A DNA stretch of 64,000 nucleotides from a virus (lineage: Duplodnaviria > Caudoviricetes). The first letter of the stretch is position 1, and every line of letters begins with the position of its first letter. The position numbers and the translations under genes are program-made. The stretch spans positions 1 to 64,000 of the IMG/VR virus record IMGVR_UViG_3300005535_000018, one strand, 5' to 3'. The notes below the pieces were generated by a model that worked only from the letters and a program-made list of their open reading frames with translations, had not been told where the DNA came from and did not search any database. Shown here piece by piece: positions 17,500-26,854 of this stretch.

Positions 17500-17713
17500 C
17501 CTCTGCCCCCTCTGTTGCTGCTGCCTCGAGGCCGGCCCGGGCGGCGGCCTGCCGCGAGCTGAACGCCACGCCCGGCCGGGCCGGATGGGTGTAGTAGAAC
17601 TCGCCGACCGCTTGGCGCTGCCGGTGGCCGAGGCGGTGCGAGGCCGCCCGCGCGGCGCGCTGCTCGGGGCTGTAGCGCTGGAAGCCCCGCACCACCCCGT
17701 CGTCAGGCTGCAT
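17492..17713 (-). CDS. Small hypothetical protein
   Basis: Overlaps both neighbours in the leftward operon. Confidence 0.5.
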   Translation of the reverse strand: MQPDDGVVRGFQRYSPEQRAARAASHRLGHRQRQAVGEFYYTHPARPGVAFSSRQAAARAGLEAAATEGAEDG

Positions 17714-18701
17714 CGGGGTACGCCCTTGGGAAGGGCTCGGGCCAGTCGGCCGGGTCGTGGCCCTTTGGGTCGCGGCAGCCCCACTGACGGGCGAGCACCT
17801 GGCCGGCCTGTTTGAAGAAGAACGGCACCTCGGCCGCGGCGCACTGGTCCCGCAGCGCCCGGGCCCAGTCCGGGTCCATCGGCCGTGAGGAGCCAGACTC
17901 GCCGCCCACCACAACCCAATGCAGCGCCGGTCGGCAGTCCTGGCATCCGTCGTGCCAGGACTGGCCGTCGATGTCGAAGCACTTCCCCGCGATCGGGCGG
18001 GTGCCGAGCCACGGCTTGAGGTCGACCGGGCTGAGCAGCGGTTCACACGACAGCCACCGGACGGCGGCCGGTGTCCTCTCGAGGTGGGGGATACGCCGGT
18101 CAGCTTCCCGCTGGTTCTCGACCGACACCCCTAGCCACACGTTGGGCATCGGCCACGGCGGCACCCACGCCCGTTCAGGACTACGGCTCCAGCCCTGCCC
18201 GAGCTGGCCCGAGTCGCCCGCGAGGCGCCGCCCGCCCAGGTCGAACGCCCACCGTGGCCGGCGCCCTGAGTGGCCGAGGATGTCTTCCACGTGCCGGGCC
18301 ACCTGGTCCACGAATCCGGGGCGGGTGAGGACCAGCTCCATCCGCTTGGCCCGCTTGGTCAGTACCTGGAAGGTGTGCCGTCCGGCGAGGGCCATGACCG
18401 CGAACACGCGGGCGGTGAAGTCGGCGGACACCTCAGCGTGGAACAGGTCTGACATCGAGTTGACGAACACCCGCTGCGGGGCCCGCCACGACAACGGCAC
18501 CGTCACCACCGACGGGTGCATGGTCAGCCCGAACCCCGGGCCGGACGTACGTGGATCGCCGTCGATCTGGTACTTCGCCGACCCCATGCCCTTGAGCCGT
18601 TTCGCCATCGTGAGGGCGTAGCAGTTGTCGCAGCCGGGTGAGACCCGGTCGCAGCCGGTGGTGGGGTTCCACACCACATCGGTCCATTCGATGTTGCTCA
18701 C
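17703..18701 (-). CDS. DUF5131 (phage Gp37/Gp68) radical-SAM-like protein
   Basis: IEWTDVVWNPTTGCDRVSPGCDNCYA, FVNSMSDLFH, FQVLTKR, WLSCEPLL, WVVVGGESG, PFFFKQ. Confidence 0.93.
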   Translation of the reverse strand: MSNIEWTDVVWNPTTGCDRVSPGCDNCYALTMAKRLKGMGSAKYQIDGDPRTSGPGFGLTMHPSVVTVPLSWRAPQRVFVNSMSDLFHAEVSADFTARVFAVMALAGRHTFQVLTKRAKRMELVLTRPGFVDQVARHVEDILGHSGRRPRWAFDLGGRRLAGDSGQLGQGWSRSPERAWVPPWPMPNVWLGVSVENQREADRRIPHLERTPAAVRWLSCEPLLSPVDLKPWLGTRPIAGKCFDIDGQSWHDGCQDCRPALHWVVVGGESGSSRPMDPDWARALRDQCAAAEVPFFFKQAGQVLARQWGCRDPKGHDPADWPEPFPRAYPDAA

Positions 18702-19003
18702 TGGTCGCCCTTCAGGAAGGCTTCCAGGTCGACCGGGGTGACGTCGGGGGTGGCGACGATGGGCCGCCAGTAGGTCGCCGCGCCGTACGGCTTCGGGACC
18801 CGCTCGACCTGGTCGTGGCGTTCGAGCCAGTCGAGGGCCCGCCACGTCTCGGGCAGGTGCGGGTTGCGGTTGACGGCCCGGGCAACGTCGGGTGTCGCCA
18901 TCGAACCGTCGGCGGTGCTGGCCTCACGGAGTGCCGCCAGCACCTGGTCGATGAGGTGCACCATCGCCGGGCGTGGCGGGCGGGGGCGGGGGGTTTGGGC
19001 CAT
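18698..19003 (-). CDS. Small winged-helix-like protein
   Basis: ATPDVARAV...TWRALDWLERHDQVER..YWR; AAGGAGG RBS. Confidence 0.55.
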   Translation of the reverse strand: MAQTPRPRPPRPAMVHLIDQVLAALREASTADGSMATPDVARAVNRNPHLPETWRALDWLERHDQVERVPKPYGAATYWRPIVATPDVTPVDLEAFLKGDQ

Positions 19004-19228
19004 GGAGGGGCCTCCTTGCCGGGTGGTGGTGGTGGGTGCGGGGTTCGGTCGGGCTGTGCCAACGGTCCATCAGCCAGCGGGCGGCCCACAGGTAGGGGCC
19101 GCGGCGGGCCCACCGCGGGACCGCCTCGAAGGTGAGGAACACTGCCATGTGGCGCAGTTCGGCGTCGCGGCTGCACAGTCCATACAGGACGTAGCCGAGG
19201 CGGGCGAGACGGCCCGGCTCGACCCGTG

Positions 19229-19702
19229 TCACGGTGGGCCGCCGTTGGCGCGGCGGTTGGCTTCTTCACGGTCACGGGCGGCGTCGCCGGTGATGTTGAT
19301 GAGGGCGGAGACGTTGCGGTGGACGCCGTTGAAGTCACGTGCCTCCATCGGCGCATTGAACAGGGCCCGGCACATCGCCAGGTCGTTGTTGAGGAACGCG
19401 GTCAGGAACCGGGCTGCGAACAGGGCGGGCCGGGCCTCAGCCGGCAACTCGTCGACGTCGCCGCCGACCACGACCAGGGCGGCACCAACCACCGACTCGT
19501 CGTCGGTGACGGTCAGGGCCCGGTGGGCGGCGGCGAGGCCGCAGCACAGGCCGTACAGGCCGGCCAGGCCGAACGACTCGATGGCCTCGTTGACGTAGTG
19601 CTCGACCGCGGGCGTGTTGTCGTCGGCCGCGGCGAGCAAGACCGCGCCGGTGATTGTGGCGAGACGCGCGATGTCACCGTCGTCGAGTGCCCCGATGTTC
19701 AT
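19229..19702 (-). CDS. Hypothetical protein (paralog of the next gene)
   Basis: GLYGLCCGLA...FAARFLTAFLNND...ALF. Confidence 0.65.
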   Translation of the reverse strand: MNIGALDDGDIARLATITGAVLLAAADDNTPAVEHYVNEAIESFGLAGLYGLCCGLAAAHRALTVTDDESVVGAALVVVGGDVDELPAEARPALFAARFLTAFLNNDLAMCRALFNAPMEARDFNGVHRNVSALINITGDAARDREEANRRANGGPP

Positions 19703-20172
19703 GTGCGGCCCCCGGTCTTGGCGGCGGCGGCGCGGACCAGGTCAGCGGCCATGCCGAGCAGGGCCGCCACGTTGAGCCGGGCGTGGTCGGGGCGGCCCCC
19801 CTCGAGAGGCGCCAGGAACAGGGCCATGGTCTGCTGGTCGTCGTCGTTGGCGTAGGCGGCGACGAACCGGGCCGCCCACAGCAGGGCCCGGGCCTTGCCT
19901 GACGGTTCCGGCGCGCCCGGCTCGGTGAGCACGACCGCGGTGGCGCCGGCCCGGGCCTCGGCCGGCATGCCGGCGGTGGCGTGGCCGTGGACGATCTCGG
20001 CGAAACACATGCACAGCGAGTAGACGCCAGCGTTGCCGTAGCGGTCGATCACCGCCACCATCTCCATCGCCGCCTCGAAGCTGTTCCGGTCGACGGCCAA
20101 GGACATGACGGCCGCCGCCCTGCCCATCAGGTCGTCAACCTCAGCCTCGGTCCAGTGGTCGTGGTCGGTCAT
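19699..20172 (-). CDS. Hypothetical protein (paralog of the previous gene)
   Basis: GVYSLCMCFA...WAARFVAAYANDD...ALF. Confidence 0.65.
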   Translation of the reverse strand: MTDHDHWTEAEVDDLMGRAAAVMSLAVDRNSFEAAMEMVAVIDRYGNAGVYSLCMCFAEIVHGHATAGMPAEARAGATAVVLTEPGAPEPSGKARALLWAARFVAAYANDDDQQTMALFLAPLEGGRPDHARLNVAALLGMAADLVRAAAAKTGGRT

Positions 20173-20897
20173 GCCGGGCGCCGGTTCGACGCCGCGAACG
20201 ATGCCAGCTCCAGGGGCGTCGGGGCGTCGCTGGGCAGGGCGCAGGCCCGGCACATCGCATCGGGCATCGGCCCGCCCTCGGCCCGCGCCGCGACCCTCCA
20301 GCCCTGCGAGCGGGCCCGCTGTTCGAGGCGCCGGTACGTCTCGCCCGGCGCGGGCGGGAACACGTCACCGCACGCCTCGCCGTGGGCTTTGCCCTGGCCG
20401 TCGACCCGCCGGCCCCGGCACACGATCGGCGCCCACTCCACCGTCGCCAGCGACGCCGCCACCGCATCGAGGATCTCCCGGGTCGGGTACCACAGCCGCT
20501 GAAACCCGCGGCACGGCACCGGCTCGGGCAGCGGCACCACGTTGGCCAGCAGCCAGTGGACCTGACCCGGGGCGGCCCACAGCGGTGGGCACTGGCACCG
20601 CGCCCCCGTCTCGGACACGTGACACACCCCATCCAGGTCGGCGATCGCGATAATCGCCGACCGCACCGTCCACGCCTCGAGCTGGTCGTAACGTTGGTCG
20701 AGCTTGGTGACGAGGTGCTCGTAGCCGGCCTCGTCGTCGCCCTTGCCGGCGTGAATGAGCAGCCGGTGGACGTCGGGCGGCGGTCCCCAGGTGCGGTTCT
20801 CGGGTGACTTGCCCAGCCGGGTGACCGCCAGCCCCCACGGGTTGAGCAACGTGAGGGCCGGGACGCCGATGAGGGCCGGCCGGGTGTACGGGTTCAC
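20169..20897 (-). CDS. ASCH-domain protein with C-terminal Cys motif
   Basis: ALTLLNPWG..V...GKSPENRTW...LLIHAGK...HWLL..V.PL.EPVPCRGFQRLW. Confidence 0.8.
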   Translation of the reverse strand: MNPYTRPALIGVPALTLLNPWGLAVTRLGKSPENRTWGPPPDVHRLLIHAGKGDDEAGYEHLVTKLDQRYDQLEAWTVRSAIIAIADLDGVCHVSETGARCQCPPLWAAPGQVHWLLANVVPLPEPVPCRGFQRLWYPTREILDAVAASLATVEWAPIVCRGRRVDGQGKAHGEACGDVFPPAPGETYRRLEQRARSQGWRVAARAEGGPMPDAMCRACALPSDAPTPLELASFAASNRRPA

Positions 20898-20923
20898 GCT
20901 CGCGCTCCTTCGATTCCCTATGG

Positions 20924-20958
20924 ACGGTAGTCGCCTACCGGAATGCAATCAACGCGAC
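20924..20958 (-). promoter_or_regulatory. Housekeeping-sigma-type promoter (class A)
   Basis: TTGATT-N17-TACCGT upstream of the ASCH gene. Confidence 0.55.
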
Positions 20959-21050
20959 ACGGGGGGCGGGCGGGGGCCCGTGTAGAGACGTACCTGGTTC
21001 GGGCGGCCCGGCCCGGGACGCCGCCCGGGCACGTCAGAGGGAACCCCCGC

Positions 21051-21428
21051 TCACATCTCCAGCACGGTGACCGGGAACGTGCCCGGGTCGGACTCTGTCG
21101 CCCCCAGCTCCATCCACCAGCTCCCGCCGCGGACGGCGAGGCACTGTTCGCATCCCCGCTCCGGCGGGCACTCGCCGCACTCGCCGAGCAGCCGGGCCCA
21201 GTCCTGTTCGATCTCCTCGAGCAGCGTGAGGGGTGCAACCCAGTGATGGTCGGTGAGGCTGCGATTGCCGATGACCCGGCGGCTGTAGGCGTTGAACGCC
21301 GCCAGGGCCGTGCGGGCCGGGTGATGGCCCAGGGCGAGCAGGATGCCGTCCTCCCCGAAGGTGCAGACCTGCACCCCGTAGCACGCGGTGAAGCCGTCCA
21401 GCGTCGGGATGGTTGCGCGGTCAGACAT
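21051..21428 (-). CDS. Hypothetical protein
   Basis: GGAGG RBS; operon coupling; GEDG.LLALGHH. Confidence 0.6.
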   Translation of the reverse strand: MSDRATIPTLDGFTACYGVQVCTFGEDGILLALGHHPARTALAAFNAYSRRVIGNRSLTDHHWVAPLTLLEEIEQDWARLLGECGECPPERGCEQCLAVRGGSWWMELGATESDPGTFPVTVLEM

Positions 21429-21870
21429 CGACACCCTCCAGCCGGTCAGCAGTCCACTTCGCACCGTCGCGGGTTGGGCGGGGTCGGGGCCGGGCGGCGT
21501 CGCCGAGCAACTCGATGCACTGGCAGCCGTCGTCGCCGCAGGCCCATTGCCCGTCGGGCAGGCGTACCCAGCCGGAGTCGAACAGGATCTCTTCGGCCTC
21601 GGCCAGGTCGCTGGGCAGGTGTTGGATGCCGTCGTCGCCTTCCTCGTCGAAGGTGTAGCCGCACGCGGCGGTAGCGATTCGGCACGGCACGGCGGCGCGG
21701 GTCAGCTCCGCGTGGCGGCCGTGGTCTGCGTCGCTCTCGCGGTTCATGTCGGCCGTGGCCCGCTCCAGGGCGGTCCAGTGCCGCTCGCCGTCGCCGAAGA
21801 GCGGCGACCCGGCCAGCATCCAACACGGCTCAGCCAACAGCAGGGGCCCGGTCGGGTCAGTCGTCGTCAT
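21421..21870 (-). CDS. Hypothetical protein with Cys motifs
   Basis: GGAGG RBS; operon coupling. Confidence 0.6.
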   Translation of the reverse strand: MTTTDPTGPLLLAEPCWMLAGSPLFGDGERHWTALERATADMNRESDADHGRHAELTRAAVPCRIATAACGYTFDEEGDDGIQHLPSDLAEAEEILFDSGWVRLPDGQWACGDDGCQCIELLGDAARPRPRPTRDGAKWTADRLEGVDV

Positions 21871-22231
21871 TGGGGCCCTCCAGGACGGGCTGGAGCAGCG
21901 CGACGATCTCCTGGTAGCGGCTGGCGACCTCGGCGGCGGCTGCGTTGCCGGCCGAGGCCCACTCGCGCCCGGCGCGGGCGCCGGCCAGGATCACCGTCGC
22001 TGCGACGACGAGGTCGTTCAGCCACCGGTCGATGATGGCTTCCTGCGCCTCGTCGCCGTCGTACGACTCCGGCATGTGGCCGGTGATGGTGTTCTGCCAG
22101 TCGACGAGGGCGTCACGCTCGTCGGCAGTCTCCTTGCTCAGCCGCTGCCAATTCTCGAGCTGCGCCACCGTGACCGTCGTCTCGGTCTTGCCGGCCGCCT
22201 TCAACTCGCCTACGAGCTGCCAGAGGTACAT
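21857..22231 (-). CDS. Hypothetical protein
   Basis: AGGAG RBS; lies just downstream of dnaB. Confidence 0.6.
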   Translation of the reverse strand: MYLWQLVGELKAAGKTETTVTVAQLENWQRLSKETADERDALVDWQNTITGHMPESYDGDEAQEAIIDRWLNDLVVAATVILAGARAGREWASAGNAAAAEVASRYQEIVALLQPVLEGPNDDD

Positions 22232-22265
22232 GGGGTGATCTCTCCTGTCTGTCCTGTGTGGACGG

Positions 22266-23657
22266 CTACTGGATGGCCATGTCGTAGAACCGCGCGAAGT
22301 GCAACTGCGCCGCGACGGTGACCGTGTCGGTCGGGCCGTTGCGGTGCTTGGCGACGATGAAGTCCGCTTCGCCGGCCCGGGGTGATTCCTTGTCGTAGTA
22401 GTCGTCGCGGTGCAGCAGGATCACGACGTCACTGTCCTGTTCGATCGATCCCGACTCCCTCAGGTCGGCTAGCTGGGGCCGTTTGTCGGTGCGCTGTTCC
22501 GGGCCGCGGTTGAGCTGCGACACGGCGATCACCGGGCATTCGATCTCCTTGGCCAGCAGCTTCAGGCCGCGGGAGATCTCGGACACCTCCTGCTGGCGTG
22601 ACTCGACCCGCTTCGGTGAGGTCATCAGCTGCAGGTAGTCCACGACGACCAGCTTCAGATCGTGGCGTTGGCGCATCCGGCGTGCCTTGGCCCGGATCTC
22701 CATCAACGTCATGTTGGGCGTGTCGTCGACGAAGATCGGGGCCTCGCTGATCTCACCCATGCGGCGGGCCAGCCGGGTCCAGTCGTCGTCGGACAGCTGC
22801 CCCGACCGGAGCACATGCAACGGCACCCTCGCCTCAGCGGCCAGGATGCGGGTGACGATCTCGATTTTCGACATCTCCAGGCTGAAGATCGCGCTGGTGT
22901 GGTTGTGCCTGATCGCGGCGTTGCGGGCAAAATCCATTGACACCGTTGACTTTCCGAGACCCGGCCTGCCAGCCACGACAATGAGCTGACCCGGGTGGAG
23001 TCCTTGCAGCAGCCGGTCCAGATCACCGAACCCGGTCGGGATGCCGGCCAGGATGCCGTCGCGGGAGCCCACCGCCTCGATCTCGTCGAGGGCGGGTTGG
23101 AGCAGCTCGGCCAGGATGGCGAAGTCGTCCCCGGCCCGTCGTTCGGTGATGTCGTACACCGCCTGCTGGGCCATGTCCACCACGTCGTCGACGTCGCGGC
23201 CCTGCCCGGCGGCGGCGCCGTAGCCCATCTGCACGATGCGGGTGCCCGCCTCGACGAGCCGCCGTAGCACGGCCCGTTCGGCCACGATGCGGGCGTAGTA
23301 GGCCGCGTTCGCAGCGGTCGGGACCGAGGCGATGAGGGTGTGGAGGTAGGGGCCGCCGCCCACCCGGGCGATCTCGCCGGCCTTGGTCAGGGCGTCGGCG
23401 ACCATGACAATGTCGGCGGGTTCGCCCCGCCCGTACAGGTCCAGGATCGCGTCGAAGACAACCCCGTGGGCTGGGCGGTAGAAGTCGGCCGACCGGACGA
23501 TCTCGACCACGTCGGCGATGGCGTCCTTGGACAGCATCATGCCGCCGAGCACGCACTGCTCCGCGGCCAGGTCCTGCGGCGGGGTGCGGTCAAACCCGCC
23601 CCGCTCGTCGCGTTGCTCTGGCACCTCAGCTACAGGTGTCTCCGGCTCGGTGGTCAC
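22266..23657 (-). CDS. dnaB: Replicative DNA helicase DnaB
   Basis: PPQDLAAEQCVLGGM, Walker A GRPGLGKS, FSLEM, VVVDYLQLM, SQLNR, DLRESGSIEQDSD, AKHRNGPT. Confidence 0.97.
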   Translation of the reverse strand: MTTEPETPVAEVPEQRDERGGFDRTPPQDLAAEQCVLGGMMLSKDAIADVVEIVRSADFYRPAHGVVFDAILDLYGRGEPADIVMVADALTKAGEIARVGGGPYLHTLIASVPTAANAAYYARIVAERAVLRRLVEAGTRIVQMGYGAAAGQGRDVDDVVDMAQQAVYDITERRAGDDFAILAELLQPALDEIEAVGSRDGILAGIPTGFGDLDRLLQGLHPGQLIVVAGRPGLGKSTVSMDFARNAAIRHNHTSAIFSLEMSKIEIVTRILAAEARVPLHVLRSGQLSDDDWTRLARRMGEISEAPIFVDDTPNMTLMEIRAKARRMRQRHDLKLVVVDYLQLMTSPKRVESRQQEVSEISRGLKLLAKEIECPVIAVSQLNRGPEQRTDKRPQLADLRESGSIEQDSDVVILLHRDDYYDKESPRAGEADFIVAKHRNGPTDTVTVAAQLHFARFYDMAIQ

Positions 23658-25136
23658 GGAACCTCCTGGGCAGCCTCAAGGGCGGCGCGGCCCGCGTCGG
23701 TGAGTTGCCACCGCAGCGGGTCGCCCTGTCGGGGCCACGGCTTGCGCTCCCCCAGCACGATCAGCCCGGCCGCCTCGGCCGCCCTGACCGGCCGGGTGCA
23801 GCGGCGCCAGTCGCGTTCGTTCATCGCGAACGTCTCCCCGGACCGTTGCCGCATGACCCGGAACACGAGGCCCGCCGCCACGTCACGCAGCAACGCGCAC
23901 AGGGCAGCGTCCAACCCGGCCGGCGGCGGGGTGGGGGCGGTCATGGGGTGGTCCGGTGCTGCGGGCACAGGTCGGGCGCCGTGCGGGAACCCGGGCCGCC
24001 GTTGGGCCGAACCTGCCAGCCGCCCTGCTCGGCCGCCTCGACCCGGGCGGCCCGCCAGTTGACCTGATTCCAGGCCTGGTCGGACTGGTAGAACCGCGGG
24101 CAGCCCGGCTCGTCGCACTCGACGCGGTAGACCGGCGAGACCACAAGGCGGGCGCTCATGCGGCACGCAGCTTGGCGAGGGCCCGACCGAGGGCCGCGAC
24201 GGCGGCGGCCCGGCCCTGCGGCGTGAGGTCAGGGGCCCGCTGGGTGACGTCGACCCACTCGTACTCGCCGGCCTTTGCCGCGCCGTAGAGGGCGTTGGCT
24301 TCGGCCTCCGTGAGGTGAAGCGTGATCTTAGGCGACGACATCGGGCGCCTCCTGCTCCGGCGCGGGTTCCCACGGGCCGATGTGGACGGTGCGGACCATC
24401 AGCCTCGCGTTACCGCACCAGCGCCGAGCGGTGATGTCCGTCTCCGGCGGGTTCAGAGCCCGGCGTGCGGCGTGAGCTTCGACAACCCCCAGCGCTTCCA
24501 GCTGCGGCCGCTCATCGATCAGTCCCCGATCTGGGTCCTGGCCGTCGAGCCAAATCTGGGCCGCCCACTCCTTCCGCGTCTCACCCCCGGGGGGCAGCAG
24601 CCCCGCGTCGGCGAGGGCGATGGCGGCGGCCCGGGCGCCCCACGCCCCGACCGTCTCGTACTCCCACTTGCTGATGCCCGACGTGTCGGGCCAGCGGTCG
24701 CGGGGGCAGAACTGGCCCGGGTCGTTGATGGCGCGGCGCAGCAGGTCGACGAGGTCGCTCATACAGCCACCGCCTCGACGGTTGCGACGACGACCCGGCA
24801 AAGGTCGCATTCGACGTCGTCGCGGTAGCGGCGGTGGTTGGCTTGGTGGTGGCCGGCGGCGGCACATTCGGCCCGGGCCGCCTCGCGCAGGTGGGCTTCG
24901 TGGGCGCGGACGTGGAAGTCGGGCTGCTGCTCGTGGCCCTGGATCAGGTGCCAGTCGAACTCGTCGGGGGCGGTGACTTCCCAATCGCCGTCGAGCAGGG
25001 TGCTCACGTCGGTGAGCTGGTCGAGGTCGGCGCCGCCGCTGTCTTTGATCTGTTCGACGGCGTCGGCCTGGTCGTCGGCTTCGACCCACACCACGTGGGT
25101 CGATCGCATCTCGATCAGGACCGGGTAGCGGACCAT
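23654..25136 (-). CDS. Run of five coupled small hypothetical genes (23654-23944, 23941-24159, 24156-24341, 24328-24762, 24759-25136)
   Basis: Overlapping start/stop codons and GGAGG RBSs; several CxxC motifs. Confidence 0.6.
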
Positions 25137-25179
25137 TCGGTGCCTCCAGTGTGGACGGTCGGGGGCGTGCTCGTGGGCT

Positions 25180-25253
25180 AGGCTAGCCGTGATCCTAAAT
25201 GTAGTCAACACGCCGCGCGGCGTGTTGACTACATTTTGTATGGCGTCTAGTGT
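25180..25253. promoter_or_regulatory. Back-to-back divergent promoters built on a perfect 40-bp palindrome
   Basis: Palindrome AAATGTAGTCAACACGCCGC|GCGGCGTGTTGACTACATTT at 25197-25236; TTGACT-N17-TAGTGT (+) and TTGACT-N17-TAGCCT (-). Confidence 0.8.
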
Positions 25254-25305
25254 TCAAGACAGCAACCCTGCCCGTCTCGGAACACAAGCCCAGGAGGCCC
25301 TGCTC

Positions 25306-25962
25306 ATGGCCCTGACCCTCGTGCGCGCCACCCCGGCGCGCGGCGACGCGGGCGACCGCGTCAGCCCCGACGGCATCTGGTCACTCACCCACGAACTCGG
25401 CGACGACGACGACACCGGCGACACGGTCGTGCTCGTGGTCGTCACCCACCTCGCCACCGGCCTGCAACTGACCCACCCCGCGGCCGGCGTCGACGACTGG
25501 CTGATGTCGGGCGTGGCGCTGGCCGAGGCGAAGGCGCAGGCCGTCGGCACCTTCAACGGCCTCGCCCTCGAGGAGGCGAAGGACGACGCCCGGGTCGCGC
25601 TGGTCAAGCTCGACCTGCTGCTGCCAGCCGGCGCGGTCGACCTGGCCGAGTACCGGTGCGAGTGCGGCGGCTACCTGGCGATGGCCCCCGGGCGGCGTCT
25701 CGTCCACGTCGACGCGTGCGCCCACGACATCAACCCCACCACCCCGGGCCCGACGACCAGGGAGCTGTTGGGACTGCCCGCCGACCCCGCCCTGCCCCGG
25801 TGCGACGAGATCGTGTGCGACCCGGCCGACCACCGCATCTGCCTCGACCCGGCGCCCCGCGTGTGCGGGCACCCCTGCCGGGCGAAGGCCTGCGCGTACG
25901 CGCCGCAGTGCCCGTCGGGGCATGAGGACTGCTGCGCCGGCCACCACGGCTACGGCGACTGA
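25306..25962 (+). CDS. Cys-rich hypothetical protein
   Basis: AGGAGG RBS; CECGG and multiple C/H clusters. Confidence 0.65.
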   Translation: MALTLVRATPARGDAGDRVSPDGIWSLTHELGDDDDTGDTVVLVVVTHLATGLQLTHPAAGVDDWLMSGVALAEAKAQAVGTFNGLALEEAKDDARVALVKLDLLLPAGAVDLAEYRCECGGYLAMAPGRRLVHVDACAHDINPTTPGPTTRELLGLPADPALPRCDEIVCDPADHRICLDPAPRVCGHPCRAKACAYAPQCPSGHEDCCAGHHGYGD

Positions 25963-26408
25963 TGCTCAACCGTCGAAGGCCGCTCCGCCGCACCCGGCTG
26001 GCGCGGGGCGGCGGGCTGGCCCGTACTCCGATGAGGCGGCGGCGGTGGCAGCCGGCGGTGCCGGTCGAAACGTCGGCCGGGCTGACCGGCCGGTCGGGTG
26101 GGGTGTGTGAGATCGCCCTGCCGGGCTGCGCCGGCCGGGCCACCGACCCGTCGCACCGCATCACCACCAAGACGGGCGGCCGCCACGGTGACGCGAAGGT
26201 CGACCACGACCGGCTCTCCGACGTGATGGACGCCTGCCGGCCCTGCCACGACTGGGTCGGCGAGCACCCGAGGCAGGCGCAGGTGCTGGGGCTGGCGCTG
26301 CGTGAGGGCGACGACCCGGCCGCCTCGCCGCTGCTGTACCGCGGCCGGCTCGCGTTGCTCGGCGACGACGGCATCGTCGACTACCTGCACCGGTGGCCGG
26401 CGGCCTGA
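25962..26408 (+). CDS. HNH endonuclease-like protein
   Basis: GVCEI..PGC...ATDPSHR...GG...MDACRPCHDWV. Confidence 0.75.
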   Translation: MLNRRRPLRRTRLARGGGLARTPMRRRRWQPAVPVETSAGLTGRSGGVCEIALPGCAGRATDPSHRITTKTGGRHGDAKVDHDRLSDVMDACRPCHDWVGEHPRQAQVLGLALREGDDPAASPLLYRGRLALLGDDGIVDYLHRWPAA

Positions 26409-26415
26409 CCCTCGG

Positions 26416-26453
26416 TTGTGTTCCCTGAGATACGGATGTATCCTAGGGACAAC
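26416..26453 (+). promoter_or_regulatory. Conserved promoter/operator repeat (class B)
   Basis: TTGTGT-N17-TATCCT-AGGGACAAC. Confidence 0.7.
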
Positions 26454-26481
26454 AGCGCGACCGTCCACTGAGGAGAGACCG

Positions 26482-26853
26482 ATGACCACGACCCTCGCAC
26501 CGTTCGACCGGGTGCCGCCCATGCGGCCGGCCCACCTCATCGGCGTGAGCCTCCTCATGGACGACGTCGACAACCTGCTCCAACGGGCCCTGCACAGCCG
26601 CGGCCGCGACGTATCGCTGCTCGAAGACACCGCCCTTGCGTTGCGTAACGCGATGCTGTGCCGGCGCACCGACGCCCAGCTGGCCGACGAGGCCCGCTAT
26701 GAGCGTGAGGTCGACGAGTACAACGCGGCGGTGCGGGCGTACAACGCCGCCGTCGAAGCCGCGAAGCAGGCCCGCGTCAACGCCCGCGGGGTCGCCAAGG
26801 TTCGCGCCTCGGCCTGCCCCCGCTGCTTCGCCACCCACGCGGGCGAGTGCTGA
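26482..26853 (+). CDS. Hypothetical protein with C-terminal CxxC-H-C
   Basis: GAGGAG RBS; CPRCFATHAGEC. Confidence 0.65.
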   Translation: MTTTLAPFDRVPPMRPAHLIGVSLLMDDVDNLLQRALHSRGRDVSLLEDTALALRNAMLCRRTDAQLADEARYEREVDEYNAAVRAYNAAVEAAKQARVNARGVAKVRASACPRCFATHAGEC

Positions 26854-26854
26854 C

